The position numbers and the translations under genes were made by a program. DNA of 37,505 nucleotides. Origin: Octopus sinensis (Eukaryota). Below, piece after piece: positions 26,794 through 37,505 of this stretch (within the stretch, counting starts at the first letter, position 1; each line of letters begins with the position of its first letter). Location: the NCBI RefSeq assembly GCF_006345805.1, contig NW_021835859.1, forward strand, positions 1 to 37,505, given 5' to 3'. A model generated the notes under the pieces. The model searched no databases. It had not been told where the DNA came from and saw only the letters and a list, made by a program, of their open reading frames with translations.

Positions 26794-28537
26794 GCATATA
26801 AATCTTTTGATGTATATATATATATATATATATATTATATAGATAAATCGTTTGATATATATATATATATAAATCTTTTGATATATATATATATATAAAT
26901 CTTTTGATATATATATATATATAAATCTTTTGATATATATATATATATATATATATATAAATCGTTGATATATATATATATATAAATCTTTTGATATATA
27001 TATTATATATATAAATCTTTTGATATATATATACATATATCAATCTTTTGATTATATATATATATATATAGTATATATATAATATTATATATAAATCTTT
27101 GATATATATATATATATCTATATAAATCTTTTGATATATATCTATATATATATATAATAAATCTTTTGATATATATTATATATATATATATAATATAATA
27201 AATCTTTGATATATATATAATATATATATATATATATTCTATTATATATATATATAAATCTTTTGAGATATATATATATATAAATCTTTTGATATATATA
27301 TATATATATATATATAAATCTTTTGATATATATATATATATATAAATCTTTGATATATTATATATATATAATATTATATATAAATCTTTTGATATATATA
27401 TATATATATGTATATATATAAATCTTTTGATATATATATATATATATATTATAATCTTTTAAATCTTTTTGATATGTATATATAGATATATATAAATCTT
27501 TTGATATATATATATTAATATATATTATATATAAATCTTTTGATATATATATATATATAATAAATCTTTTGATATATAATATATATATATAAATTTTTGA
27601 TATATATATATATATATAAATCTTTTGAGATATATATATATATATAAATCTTTTGATATATTATATATATATATATAAACTTTTGATATAATATATATAT
27701 ACATAAATCTTTTGATATATATATATAAATCTTTTGATATATATAATATATAATATATAAATCTTTTGATATATATATATATATCTATATATATAATATC
27801 TTTTGATATAATATATATATATATAATATAAATCTTTTGATATATATATATATATATATATATATAAATCTTTTGATATATATAAGATATATATATATAA
27901 TAAATCTTTTGATATATATATATATATATTATAAATCTTTTGATATATATATATATATATATATAAATCTTTTGATATAATATATATATATATATATATA
28001 TATAATCTTTTGATATAATATATATATATATATATATAAATCTTTTGATATATATATATATAATATATAAATCTTTGAATATAATATATATATATATATA
28101 TAATCTAATCTTTTGATATATAATATATATATATATATATATCTTTTGATATATATATATATATATATATATAAATCTTTTGATATATATATATATAATC
28201 TTTTGATATAATATATATATATATATATATATATCTTTTGATATATATAATATATAAATCTTTTATATATATATATAAAATCTTTTGATATATAATATAT
28301 ATATATAATATATATATATAATCTTTTGATATATATATATATATAAATCTTTTGATATATAATATATATATAAATCTTTTGATATATATATATATATATA
28401 TATATATAAATCTTTTGCTATATATATATCTATATATATATATATAATAAATCTTTTATATATATAGATATAGTATATATTATATATAAATCTTTTGATA
28501 TATATATATATATATATATATATATCTATAAATCTTT

Positions 28538-28579
<42 letters not shown>

Positions 28580-28626
28580 CTTTTGATATAGATATATATA
28601 GTATATATAATATAATAAATCTTTTG

Positions 28627-28665
<39 letters not shown>

Positions 28666-28688
28666 CTTTTGATATATATATATATATA

Positions 28689-28727
<39 letters not shown>

Positions 28728-28770
28728 ATATATATTATATATAATATATATATATAAAATCTTTTAATAT
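26745..28770. repeat. ~2-kb compound satellite: constant AAATCTTTTGA core separated by variable (TA)n
   Basis: Roughly 70 cores by eye, unit length ~20-45 bp. Confidence 0.97.
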
Positions 28771-29399
28771 GTAAACTTTTTTGCAAGAAAGTACATACAA
28801 TATTACTAGTGAAAAACATATATAGAAGTGCTGAGAAATTCAATAAGACAGAATCTTTTTAAGTCAGTATTGTGTAATTGGAAACATATCTAGATCTAAA
28901 AAAACCCACTGATAAGAGAAAATATGCATACAAAATATCAGGAATCATGTTGATGACATAACTTTCAGTGAAAACGAATTTGTAAGGGAACCTTATTTTT
29001 CTGGTGTAGGTATCATTGCAAAATGCAGCTACACAGTATCACCCTTAAATATTTTACAAACATTTTACATAGTTTCTATAATTGGTTGGTAAAATTTAAT
29101 TGATTTTCGTGCAGGAACTTAAGGAATGAGACTCAGTTCATGCTATCCCCTATCTATCTATATCTATCTATATCTATCTATATATATATATATACCCCTC
29201 TTTCTCCCTCCCTTCTTTTCTCCCCACTCTATCCTACTCTCTCCCTCTCTCTTTCTATTTAGATATGTATATATATTATATGTACACATACATATATATC
29301 AGTCTCTGTGTCTGTATATGTAAACCAGTATAGATATACAAATACATTTCTAATAATGACCTAAACACACATATACATATAGACACGTATACCGACAAA

Positions 29400-29591
29400 T
29401 TTATATATACGCAATATATATATATTGCATAAATACATCATAAAATATATACATATATATACATACATATATGTGCGTGTATATGCATGTATACATATAT
29501 ATGCATATATGTGCGTGTATATGCATATATATATATATATATACATATATGTGCGTGTATATGCATGTATATACATGTATATATATACATG

Positions 29592-29650
<59 letters not shown>

Positions 29651-29671
29651 CAATATATACATCTATATATA
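29400..29671. repeat. (TA)n-rich compound repeat with three catatatgtgcgtgtatatgca units
   Basis: Direct reading. Confidence 0.9.
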
Positions 29672-30443
29672 CGCGGGTTGGACAAAATAATGAAACACCT
29701 TTGGCAGTAATTACAGCTTAAATTCTAATAGTTATGGAATCGTACAAAGGTTGAAATTTGAATTGTTTCCAAAGGGATGTTTGCCAAGTATTCAGCTAAA
29801 CAGTTTTCATGTTCTTGTAGTGATGATGAAAGAGGATATCAACTACTTATTTGTTTTTCTAAAATGCACCATAAAGCTTCAATAATATTGAGATCTGGGA
29901 CTGTGGTGGCCAGGTAAGATGCCCAACTTCAATAGAATGTTCATCGTGCCATTCAGTAACAGCGTTAACTGTGTGAATTGGTGCATTATCATCGTGAAAG
30001 ATTGCGTTTCCCTCCGGAAACTGTTCCAGAACCATAGGATGAATTTGGTCAGATAAAATGCTTAAATAGACTTGACTATTTATTTTGCCATGAAGGGAAA
30101 TCATTAGGCCGGCGCATCTTGAAGATATAACCACGCCCCCGATCATCACAGATCCTCCCTCATGTTTAACAGTTGGAAGAAGGCAATCTGGGTCATATGC
30201 TTCTTTTGGCTGTCTACACAAGTATACTCGACCGGTGGTCGAGAAAATAACATTCTTCCACTGTTTTAGGGAACAATTGTTTTTCAAAGTAGTGGTTTTC
30301 AGATTGCAGCCCTCCCGTGAAATCTGGTTTTGTACAGCTCCCGGCGAACATTTTTTTGTGGAAACTGGCTTCTAGAGGTGGTCCTTATACTCTGTAGTAA
30401 TTTTGTTAGCTGTACTTTTGTGATCCTTTCTAACAATTCGCGT
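29672..30443 (-). mobile_element. Tc1-family transposon fragment (3' TIR plus partial transposase, DD36E spacing)
   Basis: TIR-like TA|cgcgggttggacaaaataatgaaacacc; VRRELYKTRFHGRAAI, WKNVIFS (first DE deleted), PTVKHEGGSVMI, FHDDNAPIHT, WPPQS-PDLNIIE after a 1-nt frameshift. Confidence 0.88.
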
Positions 30444-30444
30444 A

Positions 30445-30778
30445 AGAGGGGTGGTAGGGGAGGGGAAACGGGTGATGGGTGAAGGTGGGCGTTTGCGGGG
30501 GAGGCATCAGATGCACAGCCCAGATGCAAGGGCGGTGTGGGTAATGATGAGCTGTGGATAATATCCGCGTAGGATGAAGTGGTGAGTCATGAGTTGAGAC
30601 TGAGTTTCAAAGTCATGGTTGTCACTGCAGAGCCTGCGCAGGCGGAATAATTGGGAATAGGGGATGGAGATCTTGATGTGTTTAGGACCAGAGGAGAATT
30701 TGAAATATGAGTGTGTGTCTGTGTGTTTGTAGTGCATGGAGATGGTGAAAGTGGAGTGATAAATGCTGACCGAAATCT
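30445..30778 (-). mobile_element. Penelope-like retroelement RT thumb fragment
   Basis: HYKHTDTHSYFKFSSGPKHIKISIPYSQLFRLRRLCSD...FILRGY fits the PLE motif YxKPTDxxxYLxxxSxHPxHxKxSIPYSQxxRxRRICS; GC-richer than the flanks. Confidence 0.85.
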
Positions 30779-30984
30779 AGCAGATGTATGTTATATCCAT
30801 ATATGTCCTGTAACGTATTGGATCAATAAGTAAGTGTGATAAATGCTCGAAAATGGTGGGAGTCCATTGGGCTAATTTAGTAAGAGTATAAGAGATTAAA
30901 TGACAGTATGAACATTTAACAATATTAATTTACGAATACTCAAAGACTAAATCATAGACATACAATTTGGTTGAAAATTTTGGA

Positions 30985-31163
30985 ACAGGGCCAGCATCAA
31001 TTTCGAAATGAGGGGAAACCGACCGCATCGAATCCATGTTGCAACTGGTACTTATTTCATCGCCCGAAACGATAGAAAGCAAAGTCGACGTCGGTGGAAT
31101 TTGAACTCAGAACAGACGAAATGATGCTAAGCATTTTACCAGGCGTGCTAACGATTCTAACAG
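30985..31163 (-). mobile_element. SINE family B, degraded
   Basis: caactggtacttatttcatcg...aaagtcgacgtcggtggaatttgaactcagaac...ggcgtgctaacgattct. Confidence 0.85.
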
Positions 31164-31874
31164 ATATATTAATTATGATATTTAATATATTGAAGCAGGT
31201 TACTTGTTTCCTGAAGCATTTGAACAATATTTGAAATTGTCTTTTTTATTATTGTTTTTGGCTATTATATGAAAGATAAATTTATATGGCAGGTTTAATC
31301 GATCGCAAAACACAACTGTTCTCTGCCTTTAGCTTATACTGTACAGGAGAAATTTCCTAAATATAATTGAATTAATTGAGAAGTATTAGTCACTACAAAA
31401 TCTGAAATTAACAAAGCCACTTAGAGAGGAGATGGCAAGAAAATATAGTTTTAATAGAAATGAACAAAATCATGATAACGTTTGTTAAAATCATCATCAT
31501 CAACTATGACAAAAGGAATACAACAACAATAACACCGGTAGCTATTTCCACAGTAACGACAGTCAAGAACAATGGACGATATAACTAATCAGAAAGAGGA
31601 TTTGGGATATAAACAGAATAGAGAAAAATATATACAGCAGGGAGAGGGTAATATAATCGATGGAAGAAATAAGGAAATGCAAAAGAGATTTTTGTAAAAC
31701 TTGAGATTAAATATGAAAGAACAGTGAAAAGTTAAGTCTGTTTACGAATGTTGTCAGAAACAGCTATATTAATGCTAAAAACAACACCAAAATAAAAATA
31801 AAAACAAAAACCAACTATAACAACAAAAATAATACCTCCAACAAAAGCAAAACAGGAATAATAATAAAGATCAA

Positions 31875-32045
31875 GCAATTCTTTCTACTATAGGCACATA
31901 GCCTGAAATTTCAAAAGACGAAGCTAATCGACGATATCGATCCCAATACTCATTGGTGTTTATTTTATCGATTCCGAAAGGTTGAAATGCAAAGTCGATC
32001 TTGACGGAATTTGATCTTAGATCGTAAAGATGGTCGAAATTCGGC
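31875..32045 (-). mobile_element. SINE family B, degraded 3' part
   Basis: tattttatcgattccgaaaggttgaaatgcaaagtcgatcttgacggaatttga. Confidence 0.75.
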
Positions 32046-34045
32046 ATAACTATAGATTTCTTTCTTTCCATATCCTTATTTTTTTACTCCCTTCCTTTAT
32101 GTTTCTCAACGTATTAATATATACCATTCTCATTTTCCATATTTCCCCCTAGCTGTCTCTGATCGTGGAATATCTCATATTCGGGCATATTCCAGAAACA
32201 GGTGTAAGATTTTGAATGTCTTCCTATAATAATATTGTATATGAATTGAGATTTTTGCCTTGACTTAATATTTGACGTCCTGTTAAACAATTATATATAT
32301 ATATATATACACCCCACAAAGCAGACACACACACACATATATTTATATACACGCACTCTTATACATACCGACATTTCTGTGAAAACACGCACACACGTAT
32401 ACATAGTTATTCCATTTATAAACATAGTCATAGACACATTGTTAAATATGTATAAATATATGATAATTAGCTGACGAAAAAAGCAAACGAAATATTTCAA
32501 CGTCTTTTATGAATATTGCTAAAATTATAAATTTTTATCATCAAAGGATTAGTTAAATATTCAATACTAATTTAATTAATCTCTAAATGATTCATATTTT
32601 GATAAAGAGACATTCCACTAAAGCGGGCATCAGAGATTTTTCCCAAATTTCACTTGCAATTTGAAAATAAAAAAACGCCCACTCAGATATATACAATTAC
32701 AATATTCTTAGATTTTCCGACTGTCAGTGGTTCCCAGGCCTGGTCTGAGTAAGTAGGTTCAAGTTCAACACGCCTTATGTTTTTTCACCATCACGTATGC
32801 TTCCCGTGTTCTATGACAGCTTATTATGGAGTGAAAAATTGTAACCGATATCTCTAACAGATGGAAAGATTCCTTAGAAGCAAGCTAACGCATCGACTTT
32901 GTTGTCATTTGCGCATTGGTTAATTTGTACAGTTTAAGACCACAGTATTACAGGAACTTTGATTATAAATTTCCTTTGATATTTGCAAAATCAAATAGTT
33001 TCCTTCTTCTAATGGTGATTTTAGGTGAACTCTTCTAATTAGTCATGGAGATCAGAGTCACTGGTATTGTTTTTCGCTGCAAGCGAACCCTAATTGAGCA
33101 GGCCTATAATCAATAGCGTTCCAAACATAATTATTGTTCTTTCTACCAGTAGTTGTATATCTATATGCTTATAATCCTAACGTATCATTTTGTAAATCTT
33201 TCAAGATTGATCATAAAACAGATCTCTATGTACGAAACTATGTCAATGAAGTAAATCTACAAATAAATATTCCAATAAAGGTAAATTAAAACATTTTTAG
33301 TCGATGTGCAATGGGAGTATTTCAACATGCAACTGATAAGCCAAGAAATTCTGTTAACTTTGTTGGAGACACCATAGCACTTCGTATTTAAGAACACAGG
33401 TCAAATGGCTAAGATTTTACCTGCAAAGAAATCCGCTAAACACTCTAACATCCTTAGATGATAGCCTGATAGTTTTCGCTGTATGATTATCTACAGTATA
33501 GACCTGAAGGATATAATTCACAGGTTAAAATGCTGTTTAATGACACATGCCTCTAAGTACAACAGGAACACCTAGACAGACGTACTGTATGTCACAGATA
33601 GCTGGCCAATTATTACTTGCGAAATAATCGATCTTTCAGATGCAGCATGTTGCGAACCATTAACGTAGCTTGAAAAAGTATTTTTAAAAGAACAGCGCAA
33701 TCATAACTATTGAATGCTCAAATTTAAGCCAAACAAAAATATTTATGAATGCATATCATATGCAGTTCCATATTGACGGAAGGAATGAAACTAGACTGAA
33801 CACATTCCATTACATAGCTTCGACACTATACGAGGGTGTTATGGTAGCACTCAACATACTCTTTCTCATATAATGCATAACTGCCGTAATGCAAGAGTAC
33901 CATTATACGCCATGTGTTTCTGGCTGTCTAATGTCTAAAACTAAGAGGAACTGAGTATGCTTTCGTCATAAGTCATTTCAGAAACATCTTATCTGAGACT
34001 AAACATGAGTAAAATGAATATGTCACAGAGAACATCTGCCTTATT

Positions 34046-34178
34046 TACACAGACACACATACACACAGACACACATACACACAGACACACACGCACACAC
34101 ACACACAACACACGCAACAAACACACACATACACACACACACACACAACACACAACACACACACACATACACACACAA
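34046..34178. repeat. (CA)n microsatellite
   Basis: Direct reading. Confidence 0.95.
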
Positions 34179-35142
34179 ATAAAAATAATACTCCTTCGCT
34201 GCATATTTTCCTTTTTTCATAATGTTTCGAAAAGTATTAGATATTATATGAATATATGCCCGTGTGTGCATTGACGTTTGATGCGGATGTGTGTACGCGA
34301 ACATATAAATATATCCTTTAATTTTTTCGAACATATCTTTCAAAGAAAATACCATCGATGTTTAATTGATATTCTTCTCGTCATAGATGTAAACATTGAG
34401 TTGGACGCCTTTGTGAATTACCCTCAAAAGAACAGAGGAAAAAATAATTAGAAACAAGGCATCAAATTATATTTGACATAATGTGAAATCAATAGCTTTT
34501 ATGTATTTATTTATCATTATTTATTTACATATTAGATATATTTAAATATATTTCAAAACGTAACTGTAAGTAATTGTAGATAATGATGTCGATGAATAAA
34601 GACGTAAAGATGAATCAGACGATAATGTTCATAACTATCATGCGCGTTATGCGATATATTTCCAAATTTTAATTGGATCTGTGAAGGAATAGTATGCATA
34701 TATAATGACAACAGATGTTGAAAGCTAAATATAATAACCAAGGGTTTTCTAAAGGAAATTAAAGTTCGACATGTGAATTATGAATACAGGGAACAGAACC
34801 CAGGCGGTGGTAGATATTTTTAAAAAGACAAATTGTAAGATAGCAAGAGAGGCATTGAAGCTGTTACGTTATGGTATGTGTATCCGCTGTTATTTTAAAA
34901 TGCAGGCTAGGTTTCACAGATGATCAATTTTGGCAGCAAATAAAATCTGGTAGCCAAGTCAGTTATTTTCAGTGCCAGCAAAATGGATAGAGCGTACAGT
35001 CTAGAATTGATCGACGCTTTCAAGCCTGGATTTCAGATTACTAACAGTTGCACTCCAGTGCAGAACTGTAACACAGTTATAGACATGTGACTCGCCTCCA
35101 AACACCCAGTTTGAATGAATCAAGCTCAGGGTAAAGCACACA

Positions 35143-35367
35143 TATTTCTTTATTACCCACAAGGGGCTAAACATAGAGGGGACAAACAAGGACAGACATA
35201 GGTATTAAGCCGATTACATCAACCCCAGTGCGTAACTGGTACTTAATTTATCGACCCCGAAAGGATGAAAGGCAAAGTCGACCTCGGCGGAATTTGAACT
35301 CAGGACGTAACTGCAGACAAAATACCGCAAAGCATTTCGCCCGGCGTGTTAACGTTTCTGCCAACTC
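35143..35367 (-). mobile_element. SINE family B, young copy with imperfect ~14-bp TSD
   Basis: Closely similar to 16226-16456; flanks gggtaaagcacaca (35129-35142) and aggtaatgcacaca (35368-35381). Confidence 0.92.
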
Positions 35368-36524
35368 AGGTAATGCACACACAGAACACACACACATACT
35401 AGCATATATATACACACATGCACAATGACATTAAAATACATATAGGTACCCACACAAACACACACACATACACACGCACAAATTGATGAAGTTGAGAATG
35501 TCGAGAAATAGACCCAGCTTATTGATTGATAAGAACGCATGATTAATCAAACGGCCAATTAGCTAATTGGTTAAATGATTAAGTTGTTAAATAGTCTTCT
35601 GAGAACATTCAAAGAAGTGCAAGAGAACCAAAGCATAGCGTCTTAATTATTGGTATGATGACCCTCCTTATATCATTCGAAAGAGAAAAAAGTCTACTTA
35701 AACTGTAAAACGTAACGTACAGTTTTGTTAAAATTAATATATTATTGAAGTAATATAACTGCTATCATCGGTCTTTAACTTATTTGGCCAGTGTGTGAGA
35801 GTGTGTGTGTATGTGTGTGTATATATATATATTATTATAATAAAAAAGAGAAAGAGAGAGGCTTTACATATAACGGATTAGAACTAAGAGAGGCAATTGA
35901 ATGGTATGAATCCGAATAAATTCGGGTGAAAAAGGTATACCTTCGATTTGCCATTCTTTCACACCTTGCTCAATGAAAGCTAATTTTATCAAAATTTCTT
36001 AAAATTACCTTCCTTTCCCTTTCAGAACCATTACTAATCATCACTATTTTATACGTATCCTTTTGCCTTCGACAGTGCACTACATTCAGTGATTTGTTCA
36101 TAATAATGTTTAGACAAGACCTTGAAACGCCAGTGGAAGTAAGGACATTATTGCTCTATGCTAATTAGAAAGTAGTGTGAAAAGCCACCATTAAATGAGA
36201 TTAAAATCACGAAGGCGTTATTGTGACGGTAAGAAGTTCTCTTTGGGACCACGTTGGTTACGCTTCAGACCCACAATATGGTAGCTTGGCCAGGTCACTT
36301 CTACTTAAAGCAATGGTTTGACCGATGTATAATAAATGAATTTGGTAGAAGGGAAATCAGCGGAAGTCCGTACAATACATATATAGGACAGATCTGCGTC
36401 TTAAATGCAAAATATTTATTAATAGTTCGGATCTTTATAATGTGTTCCTTAACTGATATTTATCTCTCTCTTGATGAAGCAAGTTTCTTTTTTATTGACC
36501 TCAACTTAACGGAACAGTAAGCTA

Positions 36525-36760
36525 TATGTGTATGTGTGTTTACGCGTGTGTGAGAACGCGCGCACGTTTATGTATGTGTGCCTGTCCGTGTGTGTCTGCA
36601 TGAAGTGACTGCTCGTGTGTGTGTGTATGTGTGTGTGTGTATGTGTGTGTGTGTGTATGTGTGTGTGTATGTATATGTCTTCTTGCGAGTGCACATGTGC
36701 ATGTATATATGTGTGTCTGTGTGTGTCTATGTATATATGTATGTGTGTGTTTGTGTTTAC
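36525..36760. repeat. (TG)n-rich microsatellite
   Basis: Direct reading. Confidence 0.95.
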
Positions 36761-36997
36761 TGTGGTGTCTGTTCCTGCAAAATCGTGGTACAGCAAAATC
36801 AACTGATAGGATATATGTCAGACTTAACAAAATAAGAAATGGTATCGATTTCTCAATCTAAGCCTTCAAGTCGGGGTCCTAGGATGGCGATAACTTAGTG
36901 AATGGAAGAAATAAGGAACAAATATAAAAAAAAATTGTCTTCAAAACTACATGTTTGAAGGGAAAAAGTAGAAAACACATTTAATTGTTTTCCCGCG

Positions 36998-37053
36998 GCA
37001 ATGTTAATACCAAAAAAGATACAGCGCAATGTAAATACCAAAAAGTATACAGC
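36998..37053. repeat. 28-bp tandem duplication
   Basis: gcaatgttaataccaaaaaagatacagc / gcaatgtaaataccaaaaagtatacagc. Confidence 0.85.
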
Positions 37054-37059
37054 TATCTT

Positions 37060-37505
37060 GGAAGTTCACCATGGTGGATGCACTCGATGAACTAATGGAC
37101 ACTGATACTACTTCACACTTCATATCTCATACTCGACGCTTATTTCGAAATTTTGAAATATTGATAATTTACATTTCTTGCCTTCTTGTACGTTATCAAC
37201 ATGTCGGATTTGCTGGCTTTATATTTGTTGGCTTTTATATATGCTAGCTTTTATATTTGTCTAGCCGTGTAGATGGACATATCTCCAAAATGGTAATATA
37301 GCTGTTGTCCATTTACCATCTTTGGCTGATATGATAATCACTTATCAGCTGTTTTGATTTCATAACAACCGCATATTTTCCAACGAAGATGTGTGGCTGC
37401 TTTTTATTTTCCCCTTTTCTTTTATAATCGCAGGTATCCACCGGCAATGTAGTCTATGGTTTCTTTATATTTTCCGCAAAACTTTCACAGTGGCTCTCTT
37501 CCATA
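37060..37505 (-). mobile_element. Decayed R4/Dong LINE endonuclease region, continuing beyond the window
   Basis: Minus translation KFCGKYKETIDYIAGG...HLRWKICGCYEIKTADK*...IL-DMSIYTARQI...KASKSDMLI fits CxxCxxxxETIxHIxxGC, HWxIC, ILWDxxIxTDR and ANKPDI. Confidence 0.75.

Noticed and set aside
26745-28770. CRISPR-like repeat-spacer array
   Set aside because: Spacers are only (TA)n, the repeat is 11 bp, there are no cas genes and the context is eukaryotic.

Overview
AT-rich, repeat-dense eukaryotic DNA with no intact protein-coding gene. The SINE families, R4/Dong LINEs and microsatellite load point to an octopod cephalopod (recalled similarity, not searched). Nearly all ORFs in the track are microsatellite or transposon artefacts. 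Recognisable elements: a near full-length decayed R4/Dong LINE (~12.7-17.9 kb) with a nested IR/DR Tc1 transposon and two SINEs with target-site duplications; more Dong fragments lying in (TAA)n tracts; a DD36E-type Tc1 fragment joined to a Penelope-like RT fragment; non-autonomous Helitrons; several SINE families; a 2-kb AAATCTTTTGA-(TA)n satellite; two long inverted repeats; and a run of back-to-back short hairpins. The main hidden signal is in the unique DNA between repeats. On the + strand, across almost the whole window, it translates into broken fragments resembling YWTD beta-propeller blades and EGF modules. This suggests the fossil of a very large LRP-like receptor gene, later colonised by transposons. 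That call rests on manual motif reading and needs an alignment to confirm.
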